Shown here piece by piece: positions 47,372 through 56,719 of a stretch of DNA of 64,000 nucleotides. Source of the DNA: a bacterium (GTDB lineage: Bacteria; Patescibacteriota; CPR2; UBA1875; JAJYID01). The position numbers and the translations under genes were made by a program. The stretch is taken from the NCBI GenBank assembly GCA_021787535.1, contig JAJYLR010000001.1:19648-83647 (forward strand), given 5' to 3'. Position 1 is the first letter of the stretch, and every line of letters begins with the position of its first letter. Below the pieces are notes generated by a model. That model saw only the letters and a program-made list of their open reading frames with translations, was not told the origin of the DNA and did no database searches.

Positions 47372-47605
47372 GTGAAATCAATTAAAAAGGTTAAAAGGAC
47401 TAATGTTGTACTTTTAGGCGTTAGTTTAGCTCTTTTAACGGTGATGGCTCTTGATCAAGATTATTTTAACAAAAGAGGCGTTCCTTCACCGGAAGTTACT
47501 ATTACCGATAAAGGTGAGGATTGCTTTGATTTTGAGTGTATCAATGAGAAATCTCTCAATATTCTTATCGAAAGGGCCAAGAGACATGCGAAGAGGCGCG
47601 CTTAA
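47372..47605 (+). CDS. Hypothetical small membrane-anchored protein (GTG start)
   Basis: N-terminal TM, basic C-terminus. Followed by a GC hairpin and T-run. Confidence 0.35.
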   Translation: MKSIKKVKRTNVVLLGVSLALLTVMALDQDYFNKRGVPSPEVTITDKGEDCFDFECINEKSLNILIERAKRHAKRRA

Positions 47606-47721
47606 CATACTTTGACCGGATAAATTTTGGTGTATGATAAGCGCGCTTTTTTCATTGCTTTAAAAAAGACGATTTTTGTGCTAAAATTGCTATAAATTAA
47701 GGATATTTTAGGAGATTTTAA

Positions 47722-48462
47722 ATGTCAGGACATTCAAAGTGGGCTTCCATAAAACACAAGAAAGCAGCTACGGACGCCAAGCGCGGCAAAGCTTTTACTG
47801 TGGCCGCCAACATGATCACTATTGCAGCCAAAGAGGGCGGAGGCGATCCCTCGATGAATTTCAAACTTCGTCTGGCTATCGATAAAGCAAAAGCCGTAAA
47901 TATGCCGTCTGCTAATATTGATCGAGCTGTAAAAAGAGGCACGGGCGAGGGTGGAGCCGGACAGGTCGAGGAGTTAAAATATGAAGGTTACGGACCTGAA
48001 GGCGTTGCTATTTTAGTTAGCGCTGTAACTGACAATAAAAACAGAACTTCATCGGAGGTTCGCAGTACCTTAACCAAAAACAGCGGGAGAATGGCCGACG
48101 CAGGCAGTGTTTCTTGGGTTTTTGACCAGCAGGGGCAAATCGTTGCTGATACAGATTCCGAGGAAGCCCAACTGGTGGCGATAGACGCCGGGGCGGAAGA
48201 CGTGGAGGCGGAGGATGGCAAACTTTTTATCTATTGCGACACGGGTGCGATTAGCAATATTAAATCTGTTTTGGAAAGCGAAGGGATAAAGGTTGAATCG
48301 GCCGCAATTACCTTTAAGCCGAAAAATTATGTCAAAGTTGAAGATGAAGAAAAAGCTGCAAAAATTTTGAAACTGATTGACGCGCTTGAGAACTTGGATG
48401 ATGTGACGGAAGTGAACGCCAACTTTGATATACCGGAAGAGGTGCTTGAGAATATAGGATAA
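47722..48462 (+). CDS. yebC: YebC/PmpR family DNA-binding transcriptional regulator
   Basis: MSGHSKWASIKHKKAATDAKRGKAFT N-terminus is diagnostic. Confidence 0.95.
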   Translation: MSGHSKWASIKHKKAATDAKRGKAFTVAANMITIAAKEGGGDPSMNFKLRLAIDKAKAVNMPSANIDRAVKRGTGEGGAGQVEELKYEGYGPEGVAILVSAVTDNKNRTSSEVRSTLTKNSGRMADAGSVSWVFDQQGQIVADTDSEEAQLVAIDAGAEDVEAEDGKLFIYCDTGAISNIKSVLESEGIKVESAAITFKPKNYVKVEDEEKAAKILKLIDALENLDDVTEVNANFDIPEEVLENIG

Positions 48463-48679
48463 TCCTGCCATTCGAGCAATTCGCACTAGTGGGCCGAGAC
48501 ATCTTTTTGCTAAAATGCCTAATAACCAATTTCTAATTTCTAATCAAATTTCAATTAAAGAATTAAAAAATTAGAGCATTCAATAGGAATTAGATATTGT
48601 GAATTAGAAATTAAAACCCCAAGAAACCCCTATGATTTCCACTTTGCGGGGCGATCGGGATAACAAACGGAGAGATTGA

Positions 48680-49159
48680 GTGATAATACTAGGTATAGAT
48701 CCGGGGACAGCCACAACTGGCTACGGAGTTATTGAAAATCAAAATGGCAAAATTATGGCTATTGCTCATGGCTGTATTTTAACTAAAGCAGGCCAGGATT
48801 TGGACGAAAGGCTGGATATCATATTCAACGATCTGACGAAGATTATCAAAAAGTTTAAGCCGGAAATGGTGGCCGTTGAAGAGCTTTTTTTTGCTTCTAA
48901 TGCCAAGACCGCTATTTCTGTCGGACATGCCCGCGGTGTTATTTTGCTTGCCTGTAAAAAAACAAAGGTACCGGTTTATGAGTACACCCCCTTGCAAGTA
49001 AAGCAGGCGATATGCGGTTATGGCAGGGGCGACAAGCAGCAGATTCAGAAAATGGTTAAAGCTCTCTTAAATTTAAAAGAAATCCCCAAACCCGACGACG
49101 CGGCCGACGGGCTGGCAATTGCAATTTGCCACGCAAACTCTCACAGAAATTTTGCTTAA
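48680..49159 (+). CDS. ruvC: Holliday junction resolvase RuvC (GTG start)
   Basis: IILGIDPGTATTGYGVIE, and catalytic acidic residues in EELFFASNAKTAISVGHARG. Confidence 0.9.
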   Translation: MIILGIDPGTATTGYGVIENQNGKIMAIAHGCILTKAGQDLDERLDIIFNDLTKIIKKFKPEMVAVEELFFASNAKTAISVGHARGVILLACKKTKVPVYEYTPLQVKQAICGYGRGDKQQIQKMVKALLNLKEIPKPDDAADGLAIAICHANSHRNFA

Positions 49160-49218
49160 AAAGAATTTCATTCATTTTAAAAAAGTTCTAAAATTATATT
49201 AAATAATAAGGAGGGTCT

Positions 49219-50199
49219 TTGAGCGGATATTCTCTAAAATCTGATATTAAGCTCAGTTCTGTCTGTAAAAAGGCAGAGGAGATGCTTTCATCTGCTTATC
49301 GTGGCGGTAAGATTTTTACTTTGCTGCCGAAGCCAGACGGCTCTCTTTCAGAGTTTGAAATCTTGAGCGTACTCGCTCTTTCTGAATTTCACAGAAAAAA
49401 GGTGATAAACAAATATATTGAGGGCGGTAAAAGCTTTAATATTACGACATCCGGTATTTTGGCGTGGGTAATGATTAATATTTTTGACGAGTTAAATGAT
49501 GATGAGAAGGGGGAAATTGAGAAATATTTTACTAATGTGGAAGAATATTTTGATAAACGAACCGGTACTGATGGACTTTTGCCGGCGGGACCGGCTGACA
49601 ATTGGATTAAAAGTACAGAAAGAAAAGGTTTTTTGATAGAAATACAAGCGTATTACGCAAAAATCATTGATCTTTTGACTTTGCTTACCGAGGATGATAT
49701 GTACGAATTTAAGAAAAAGAGGCTGCTTAGAGCAGTTCGAGAAAAACTCAATGGGGCGTTTGTGCTTGATAGAGAAGATTCGCTTGAAATTCGCCCCAAT
49801 ACATTTATCGCCGCCTTTTTCGCCCCGGAACTTTTTAAACGCGGCGTCTGGCAAACAACTTTTGATACGTCATTAAAAAAAGATGAACTATGGCTTGACT
49901 GGGGAGGACTTCGTCTGCTTAGCCAATCGGATATTAACTACAATGAAGCACAAGACAGTAAAAGCTGGTTTTTTATAAACAATATGTCCGCGCTGGTTCT
50001 GGCCAGATCAGACAGAGTGAAATATCAACAATATATTGATATGGTTTTAAAGTCGTCCTCTCGAAATGTTTTGTGGCAGGAACATACGGGACGTCCATGC
50101 GAGATTACGCTTACCCCAAGCGGTCAAATCAAAGTTCAAGGTTTGTATGGTCTATCGCTTGCGACATTTATCTATCTTTATAGGTTGTTAACCACCTGA
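49219..50199 (+). CDS. Hypothetical protein inserted between ruvC and ruvA. A weak resemblance to alpha/alpha-barrel glycosidase (GDE_C-like) segments is unconfirmed.
   Basis: ORF of 326 aa. No confident motif. Confidence 0.4.
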   Translation: MSGYSLKSDIKLSSVCKKAEEMLSSAYRGGKIFTLLPKPDGSLSEFEILSVLALSEFHRKKVINKYIEGGKSFNITTSGILAWVMINIFDELNDDEKGEIEKYFTNVEEYFDKRTGTDGLLPAGPADNWIKSTERKGFLIEIQAYYAKIIDLLTLLTEDDMYEFKKKRLLRAVREKLNGAFVLDREDSLEIRPNTFIAAFFAPELFKRGVWQTTFDTSLKKDELWLDWGGLRLLSQSDINYNEAQDSKSWFFINNMSALVLARSDRVKYQQYIDMVLKSSSRNVLWQEHTGRPCEITLTPSGQIKVQGLYGLSLATFIYLYRLLTT

Positions 50200-50243
50200 C
50201 TTGTATACTGGAATTTATCGTAAATTTCCGCTAGGATTTAGTT

Positions 50244-50813
50244 ATGATAGCATCACTGCGCGGAAAAGTAATACAAAAAAGATTAGATAGCTTAGTTGTT
50301 GAGATGAATGGAGTCGGCTACAAAGCCATTTGTCCGGTTTCGGTCTTGGAATCGGCTAAAGTCGGCGAGGAAATATTTCTAAATACCTACACTCATGTCC
50401 GGGAAGATATTTTGGCTTTATACGGATTCTTGACCGCTGACGACCTGGCCCTTTTTGAACTTTTGATCAGTGTTTCCGGGGTGGGGCCGAAAGCGGCTGT
50501 AAATATATTATCAGCGGCGGACAGCGAAAAAATCCGCAGTTCCATCCGCAAACAGGATCCGGGAATTTTGTATTCAGTATCGGGAATCGGCAAAAAGACA
50601 GCCGAGAAAATCGTGGTGGAACTAAAGAATAAGCTTGGAGCGACAAATGAACTGTTTAGCCCGTCATCGGAAACGGAGGATTTGTATCAAGCGCTCAGCG
50701 ACCTTGGCTTTAAACCGAGTGAAATAAACGCTGCTATTTCCAATATGCCTGACAACCTAGACACGACAGAAGAAAAGCTAAAGTTTGCTTTGAAGGAAAT
50801 GAAAAAAAGTTAA
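50244..50813 (+). CDS. ruvA: Holliday junction branch migration protein RuvA
   Basis: MIASLRGKV...VEMNGVGYKA, HhH motifs ISVSGVGPKAA and GIGKKTAEKIV. Confidence 0.9.
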   Translation: MIASLRGKVIQKRLDSLVVEMNGVGYKAICPVSVLESAKVGEEIFLNTYTHVREDILALYGFLTADDLALFELLISVSGVGPKAAVNILSAADSEKIRSSIRKQDPGILYSVSGIGKKTAEKIVVELKNKLGATNELFSPSSETEDLYQALSDLGFKPSEINAAISNMPDNLDTTEEKLKFALKEMKKS

Positions 50814-50892
50814 TAAGTTATTAGTTGGTAAGTTGCTAAGGATTATAAATTATTATGAAAAGCGACGAAAATCACATTTTAGACTCTTTCCT

Positions 50893-50980
50893 GTCATCCC
50901 GAGCGTTAGTCGAGGGATCTCTTATTTATCTCAGAAAGGGATTTCTCCGCTCGTCGATTCTCGAAGTCGGTCGAAATGAC
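50893..50980. repeat. Empty family-3 palindromic element: gtcatcccgagcg...cgagggatctc, a 16-nt central loop, gggatttctcc...ggtcgaaatgac. Same architecture as the GIY-YIG-bearing element at 43336-43749.
   Basis: Outer and inner arms correspond to those flanking the GIY-YIG gene. Between ruvA and ruvB. Confidence 0.7.
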
Positions 50981-50994
50981 AAGGCGGAGGCATT

Positions 50995-52029
50995 ATGAAA
51001 GTCAATCGCGACCACATTTTAGATTCGGAAGGATTTGAAGGCGAGGAAACTTTTGAGGAGACCTTGCGGCCGAAAAAATTCTCTGAGTATGTCGGCCAAA
51101 ATCAAGTCAAAAACAACCTGAAAATTACCATTGAGGCGGCAAAGAAACGAAAAGAACCAATTGACCATGCCCTTCTCTATGGTCCGCCAGGGCTTGGCAA
51201 GACTACTCTCTCGTCCGTCATTGCAAATGAAATGGGAGTTCAAGTGAAAGCGACGAGCGGACCGGCCATCGAGCGAGCCGGCGACCTGGCCTCAATCCTT
51301 ACCAATCTTCAGGAAAACGACATCTTGTTCATAGACGAGATTCACCGTCTAAATACTGTGGTTGAGGAGATCCTTTACCCGGCGATGGAGGACTTTATGC
51401 TTGATATAATCATTGGCAAAGGGCCGTCTGCGCGATCCGTTCGCCTTGACTTGCCAAAGTTCACTATCATCGGGGCGACGACCAAGATGGGCATGCTCTC
51501 CTCGCCTCTTCGCGACAGATTTGGTTTAGTCCATCGCCTGGAATTTTACGAGCCGGAAGATATCGAAAAAATTTTAAATCGTTCGGCCAAGATCTTGAAA
51601 ATCAAAATCGATAAAAAAGGCGCTCGAGAAATTGCCAAAAGGTCGCGCAAGACTCCCAGAATTGCCAATCGATTACTTAAACGGGTACGGGATTTTGCTG
51701 AAGTAAAGGGCAGCGGCGAGATTACAGAGGATATTGCGCGTCAGGCGCTGGAAATGCTTGAAGTCGATGAGCTGGGGCTCGACAACACCGACCGCAATTT
51801 GCTTGAGACAATCGTCCATAAGTTCGGCGGCGGTCCGGTCGGGCTAAATACTTTGGCGGCGGCGACTAATGAAGAGGTTGATACGATCGAAGAGGTTTAT
51901 GAGCCGTATCTTATCCAACTTGGATTTCTGGAGCGCACCCCGCGCGGCCGAAAAGCCACTGCTCATGCCTATAATCACCTTGGCGTGGCGAAGAAAAATA
52001 AGAAAAAAGAACAGCAGAAACTGCTATGA
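50995..52029 (+). CDS. ruvB: Holliday junction branch migration helicase RuvB
   Basis: Walker [13 protein letters not shown], sensor regions, C-terminal winged helix. Confidence 0.95.
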   Translation: MKVNRDHILDSEGFEGEETFEETLRPKKFSEYVGQNQVKNNLKITIEAAKKRKEPIDHALLYGPPGLGKTTLSSVIANEMGVQVKATSGPAIERAGDLASILTNLQENDILFIDEIHRLNTVVEEILYPAMEDFMLDIIIGKGPSARSVRLDLPKFTIIGATTKMGMLSSPLRDRFGLVHRLEFYEPEDIEKILNRSAKILKIKIDKKGAREIAKRSRKTPRIANRLLKRVRDFAEVKGSGEITEDIARQALEMLEVDELGLDNTDRNLLETIVHKFGGGPVGLNTLAAATNEEVDTIEEVYEPYLIQLGFLERTPRGRKATAHAYNHLGVAKKNKKKEQQKLL

Positions 52030-52730
52030 CTAAAAAGTTTTTCATGGAAAATTCAGAACCTCTTATATCGGGCGCTATACTTTTAGCTGTTTTACCGCTA
52101 ATTTCAGCTGCGATAGTTACTGCATACGAGTTGAATTATTTGAATTATTATAATATCCCACTCGATTTTATTACACTCGATTTAAGTTATGTGATCTTTG
52201 TAACACTATGTTTACTTGTGATTACACAGGTTACTTTTGTAACTTATATTTTTCTTAGTTCCTTAGCAAAAAAATTTTTTCGGGTACGGTTAGGATCTCT
52301 TCCATTTATACTCATCGCGATAATAGATATTGTCTTGGTTCATTTAAATCAGTGGTTTCTATATGCTTTACCAGGAATAGTCTTAGGATTTGTAGTGGCA
52401 ATTAGATTACATAAAGAGGGAAAGGAAATTATGCAAAAAACAAAGAATTCTAATTTGCATAAAAGAGATATTGTCTTGGCATATATTTTTTTGTTGAGTA
52501 TAGTTGTATCCTTTTTATTAGGAGAGTTAATACCCAGATTCACATATACATATACAGTCGTTGATACTAATCCCCAAATGATTTTAGTCCAAAAATATGG
52601 GGATAAAATAATATGTATTCCATTTAATAGAAGAAATAAAACCTTTAAGAAAGAATTTATTGTCTTAAATTTAGGCGATAAGAAAATCGACTTTAAATCA
52701 GAGACTCTAGGTAAATTAAAACCAGAATAA
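52026..52730 (+). CDS. Hypothetical polytopic membrane protein
   Basis: About 6 hydrophobic segments. No family. Confidence 0.45.
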   Translation: MTKKFFMENSEPLISGAILLAVLPLISAAIVTAYELNYLNYYNIPLDFITLDLSYVIFVTLCLLVITQVTFVTYIFLSSLAKKFFRVRLGSLPFILIAIIDIVLVHLNQWFLYALPGIVLGFVVAIRLHKEGKEIMQKTKNSNLHKRDIVLAYIFLLSIVVSFLLGELIPRFTYTYTVVDTNPQMILVQKYGDKIICIPFNRRNKTFKKEFIVLNLGDKKIDFKSETLGKLKPE

Positions 52731-52773
52731 CCCTTTACAAGAGGTAAAAGATTGCTTAGAATCTAAAGTACTT

Positions 52774-54045
52774 ATGTTTAGGAGGGTTGGGGCAGTTCTA
52801 TTTTTATTTTGGGTGTTTTTGATACCCGTGTTTGTGAATGCTCAAAGCGATCCGGCTATCAAAACGGCGGCTGTGACGGATTGCAGCGGTGTGGTGATTT
52901 CCGAATTCATTCCAAATCCGATAGGGACAGATTCTGATGGTGAATGGATCGAGCTTTATAATCAAACCGGCAGCGAGATAAATCTCAACGGTTATTCCGT
53001 TGCCGACACCGAAGGTACCACGCATAAATATTCGATTTCAAATGCGACAATTACCGCCGGTGGTTTTGCTATCTTTGACCGAGAAACTACTGGTATCACA
53101 TTGAATAATGACAAAGAAAGCCTGATTTTAACTAAACCGGACGGCACCAGCTGCCAGACTGATTTTGCCTCTGATACCGTTAATCCGAAAGAAGGCAATA
53201 GTTTCGCTTATGATTTTAGCGCGAAGGGCTGGAAATGGACCACCACGCCGACGCCGGGAAGTGACAACATATTTACAGTCGACAATACGGCCTCAAATCC
53301 GACGAATAGTGGTGATGGTTCTGCTGCTCCGCCACCGCAAAACAGTTGTGCCGGGATAATGATCACCGAGCTGATGCCGGCGCCTGCGGGATCTGACAGC
53401 GAAAACGAATGGATTGAAATTTACAACTCAAACGGCGACGCGACGGACATTGGGGGATGCGTTCTGACTGACAAGCTGAAGGCCGGCAGTACGACAAAAT
53501 ACACTTTTCCGGCCGGCACAAGCATCAATTCAGGAGAATACAAGGTGCTGACGCGGCCGGTCACCAAGATTTCCTTAAATAATGATAGCGACGGGGTGAT
53601 GCTGCTTGCCTCTGACGGCACAGTCGTGTTTGACACAGGGCTCTACAAGGATGCCAAGGAGAACATTGCTTATGCGTATAGCGACGACCAATGGTTTTGG
53701 ACTTCGACCCCGACCCCGGGCGCGCCAAATGTTATCACGACACCTCCACCAAAAGCCGCAAAGAAGCCCAAAAGCACAAAGGCAGCATCTTCGAAAACCG
53801 CCAAATCCGCTAGAAAATCAGGAAGCGGAGGCGGACAGGTTTTGGGCGATAGTACTAACGCCGGCAACAACAAGAAGAAAATAAGCGACAAAGCTTTGGG
53901 CTATATCTTGGTCATTCTCGCTTGCCTGGCGCCATTTGGCTACCTGGCTTATTTAAAGAAGGATTGGATACTAGAGCAACCGATTTCGCAAAGAATCTTG
54001 AAAAAATTAGAGAAAATGCGAAAAACATTGACTTCATTCATATAA
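52774..54045 (+). CDS. Secreted protein with two lamin-tail domains (LTD) and a C-terminal TM anchor
   Basis: Two copies of VVISEFIPNPIGTDSDGEWIELYN...GYSV and IMITELMPAPAGSDSENEWIEIYN...GGCVL, which are LTD signatures. Signal peptide. Confidence 0.75.
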   Translation: MFRRVGAVLFLFWVFLIPVFVNAQSDPAIKTAAVTDCSGVVISEFIPNPIGTDSDGEWIELYNQTGSEINLNGYSVADTEGTTHKYSISNATITAGGFAIFDRETTGITLNNDKESLILTKPDGTSCQTDFASDTVNPKEGNSFAYDFSAKGWKWTTTPTPGSDNIFTVDNTASNPTNSGDGSAAPPPQNSCAGIMITELMPAPAGSDSENEWIEIYNSNGDATDIGGCVLTDKLKAGSTTKYTFPAGTSINSGEYKVLTRPVTKISLNNDSDGVMLLASDGTVVFDTGLYKDAKENIAYAYSDDQWFWTSTPTPGAPNVITTPPPKAAKKPKSTKAASSKTAKSARKSGSGGGQVLGDSTNAGNNKKKISDKALGYILVILACLAPFGYLAYLKKDWILEQPISQRILKKLEKMRKTLTSFI

Positions 54046-54098
54046 TATGTTATAATCATTTCTAAGCAAAAGCAATATTCTCCAAGGGAGGATGTAAA

Positions 54099-54458
54099 TT
54101 GAAAAATAAAGTGATAATAGTTTTATTGCTCCTCGTTGTTTTAGCCCTTTTTTGGGCAATTACGGGAGGAATGGGAGTGTTTGCCCATACCTATAAAAGC
54201 AGGTATTTGGGCGGGGATATCATTATCGAGAAACAAGACAGGCCTCTTTTCTTTGATCAAACTCGCGTTTTCTTGGCAGGTAATGCTTGCATCAAAAGCG
54301 GAGAGGTTTACGAGATATCTATTGGAGATCAGGAGCCAGATTTTCTTGCTTGTAGTGCTGACAAGCAGTACTTGACTCTCAGCGGAGGTCCTGAAGACGG
54401 TCAGGCAGTTTCAGTGAAGAAACTGGAATCTGCTATCTCCGATAACCACTCTTTATAA
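54099..54458 (+). CDS. Hypothetical small membrane-anchored protein (TTG start, AAGGGAGG RBS)
   Basis: N-terminal TM. Confidence 0.35.
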   Translation: MKNKVIIVLLLLVVLALFWAITGGMGVFAHTYKSRYLGGDIIIEKQDRPLFFDQTRVFLAGNACIKSGEVYEISIGDQEPDFLACSADKQYLTLSGGPEDGQAVSVKKLESAISDNHSL

Positions 54459-54486
54459 ATTCTCTGCTTTTGCTTGTTCTATCACC

Positions 54487-54523
54487 GGGAGCGATCTTTG
54501 ATCGCTCCCTTTGTCTTTGTGTT
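54487..54523 (+). terminator. Rho-independent terminator (gggagcgatc-ttt-gatcgctccc followed by a T-rich run)
   Basis: Perfect 10-bp stem. Confidence 0.75.
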
Positions 54524-54534
54524 AAAATAGATGA

Positions 54535-54990
54535 ATGAAAATAATAACAAGAAGCTCAGAAGAAACAGTTGACCTAGGAGAAAAATTAGGTAAATCCCTG
54601 AAAGGCGGAGAAGTTCTTGCCCTTTACGGTGACCTTGGCGGCGGTAAAACCCAGTTTACAAAAGGTATAGCCAAAGGACTTGGCATTAAAGATAATATTC
54701 TCTCGCCCACTTTCACCATTCGCCGTGAGTATAAAGGCAAGAAGTTAAATCTTCTGCATTATGATTTCTACCGATTTGAATTGCCGGACCGGGAGCTTAT
54801 TGAAAGCATGGAAGAAGGCATTAATCCTGACAATGTGACGGTGATAGAATGGGCGGAAAGGGTTGAGAAACATTTGCCCAATGATGCAGTTAAAATCAAT
54901 TTCAAATACATTTCGGAAAACGAGAGGGAAATAGAAGTTATGCCCGGCAGCCGGAATTTAGAAAATAAGTTTAGTAAGCTGTCATTCTGA
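54535..54990 (+). CDS. tsaE: tRNA threonylcarbamoyladenosine biosynthesis protein TsaE (YjeE)
   Basis: P-loop LALYGDLGGGKTQFTKGIAKGLG, SPTFTI, HYDFYRFE motifs. Confidence 0.85.
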   Translation: MKIITRSSEETVDLGEKLGKSLKGGEVLALYGDLGGGKTQFTKGIAKGLGIKDNILSPTFTIRREYKGKKLNLLHYDFYRFELPDRELIESMEEGINPDNVTVIEWAERVEKHLPNDAVKINFKYISENEREIEVMPGSRNLENKFSKLSF

Positions 54991-55010
54991 GGAACGAAGA
55001 ATCTCATGAG
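54981..55010 (+). repeat. 30-nt repeat gtcattctgaggaacgaagaatctcatgag, left copy. It supplies the ATG of the GIY-YIG gene.
   Basis: Identical to 55347-55376. Hairpin ATTCT-gaggaacga-AGAAT with GTCATTC-family ends. Confidence 0.8.
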
Positions 55011-55329
55011 TTATTATGTCTATATCTTAACAAATAGAATAAACAAAGTTCTTTATACCGGTATGACCAATAATTTAGAAAGAAGGATTTTCGAGCACAA
55101 AAATAAATTGGTTAAAGGGTTTACTGAGAAGTATAATTTGAATAAATTGGTATATTTTGAAGAATTTCCGGCGGCAAAAGAAGCGATCGAAAATGAGAAG
55201 AGAATTAAGGGCTGGGTAAGAAGAAAAAAGATTGCATTGATTGAGGCGAAAAATAAGAATTGGATTGATTTATCGAAAGAAAATAGATCCTTTGTCGTTC
55301 CTCCTCAGGATGACAATAACCAAGGATGA
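55006..55329 (+). CDS. Small stand-alone GIY-YIG nuclease family protein (UPF0213/YhbQ-like) inserted between tsaE and tsaB
   Basis: YYVYILTNRINKVLYTGMTNNLERRIFEHK. Confidence 0.8.
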   Translation: MSYYVYILTNRINKVLYTGMTNNLERRIFEHKNKLVKGFTEKYNLNKLVYFEEFPAAKEAIENEKRIKGWVRRKKIALIEAKNKNWIDLSKENRSFVVPPQDDNNQG

Positions 55330-55346
55330 AATATAACTCGACAACA

Positions 55347-55376
55347 GTCATTCTGAGGAACGAAGAATCTCATGAG
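55347..55376 (+). repeat. 30-nt repeat gtcattctgaggaacgaagaatctcatgag, right copy (direct). It supplies the ATG of tsaB.
   Basis: Exact direct repeat of 54981-55010. Confidence 0.8.
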
Positions 55377-55830
55377 AATAATTATGAAAAACACATTAGT
55401 AATAGACACTTCAGATAAGGTTGCCAGGTTTGGTTTGTTTCAGGACGACAAACTGGTTGATACTTTAGAATGGGAGGCGCATCGGGAGCTTTCCAAAACC
55501 TTTTATGCCAAATTGGATGAGTTACTTGAGCGAAATAAACTGAGCTACCAGGATTTGGATTCAATTATTGTGGTTTGCGGCCCCGGATCATTTACCGGTC
55601 TTCGTATCGGAACTGTAATCGTAAATGCATTTGCCTATGCTTTGGAAATCGAAACGGCTGGTGTGATTCAGCCTCCTTGTCATTCCGGACTAGATCCGGA
55701 ATCTAAACCCCTCAAAAAACTAACATTAGAAGAAATTTATAACGCCGGAAAAAAAGACCTGAAAAAGGGCCGGACTCTCGAGCCATTTTATGGCCGCGAA
55801 CCAAATATAACAGCCAAGAAGAAAAAATGA
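55372..55830 (+). CDS. tsaB: tRNA threonylcarbamoyladenosine biosynthesis protein TsaB (YeaZ), short form (152 aa)
   Basis: LVIDTS...VARFGLF, VVCGPGSFTGLRIGTVIVNAFAYA are typical of the TsaB N-terminal domain. Confidence 0.75.
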   Translation: MRIIMKNTLVIDTSDKVARFGLFQDDKLVDTLEWEAHRELSKTFYAKLDELLERNKLSYQDLDSIIVVCGPGSFTGLRIGTVIVNAFAYALEIETAGVIQPPCHSGLDPESKPLKKLTLEEIYNAGKKDLKKGRTLEPFYGREPNITAKKKK

Positions 55831-55954
55831 TTTTTCTTCTTGGAATTTTCAATTTCTAATTCACAATTTTTAATCAAAAGAATTTACAAATTTCAAAAAT
55901 TTATTTATAATCAAAGGTCTTGGAGAGTTCCTAAAAATATTTAGCCAAAGGAGA

Positions 55955-56320
55955 GTGGTAAAGATGACCGAAATGCAGGATTTGTGCAGCTCCTTAAGAC
56001 AATGCATCCTGCTCTTACCTATACTTAACATAACAGTAATTCTAGTTCTTATATTTGCTTGTCGCCACGCCAGGTCATCGCTTACAGAAGAAGAAAAGGA
56101 AGTTTTTCTAACACTAGCTAAATATGCACCAGTCATATTCATATCTTTGCAGCTTTATTTTCTCGCACTCTCTGTTTTACTTATTTCACTTCCCAATTTA
56201 CCGGGTGACTTACTAGTCAGATGGATTGGAGTGAACACAACCATTGTTTTACTGTGGTTGTTAGTAAAATTTTATTACCTTAGACCTGCAAGCTTAAAGC
56301 TGAAAGTTGCAAGTTATTGA
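55955..56320 (+). CDS. Hypothetical small membrane protein
   Basis: ORF with hydrophobic segments only. Confidence 0.3.
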   Translation: MVKMTEMQDLCSSLRQCILLLPILNITVILVLIFACRHARSSLTEEEKEVFLTLAKYAPVIFISLQLYFLALSVLLISLPNLPGDLLVRWIGVNTTIVLLWLLVKFYYLRPASLKLKVASY

Positions 56321-56654
56321 CTAGTACATAACCGGCTAAATAACGGGGACCTTCGGGTCCCCGTTTAAATATTGGACAATTTCTGTCTTGAAAAATGGGT
56401 AAAATGGGAGTATAGTAAAGTCAGTAAATTAAAAAATTAAATTTACCATTAATAACTAAAATTAATAAGGCATATGGGCGGAAGAGGATTTTAAACTGAA
56501 AACGAACTAGGGTTTTTTAGTTGTTTATTGGTACTCAAAAAAATTGTCATTTCACTTGTCATGCAGGTAGGATAATCCTTAAGTTTTGAATTTAGAACAT
56601 TCGGATTTAGACATTGTTTAGAATTTCGAATTTAGTGCTTCGAACTTAAGCTAA

Positions 56655-56697
56655 GGGATTCCTCCGCTCGCTTTTCATAGAGTTGGTCGGAATGACA
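56655..56697. repeat. Solo right half of a family-3 palindromic element (gggattcctcc...ggtcggaatgac) upstream of rny
   Basis: Matches the right arm of the GIY-YIG element at 43707-43749. Confidence 0.65.
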
Positions 56698-56719
56698 AAA
56701 CGTGAGAGAGGAGAAAAGT

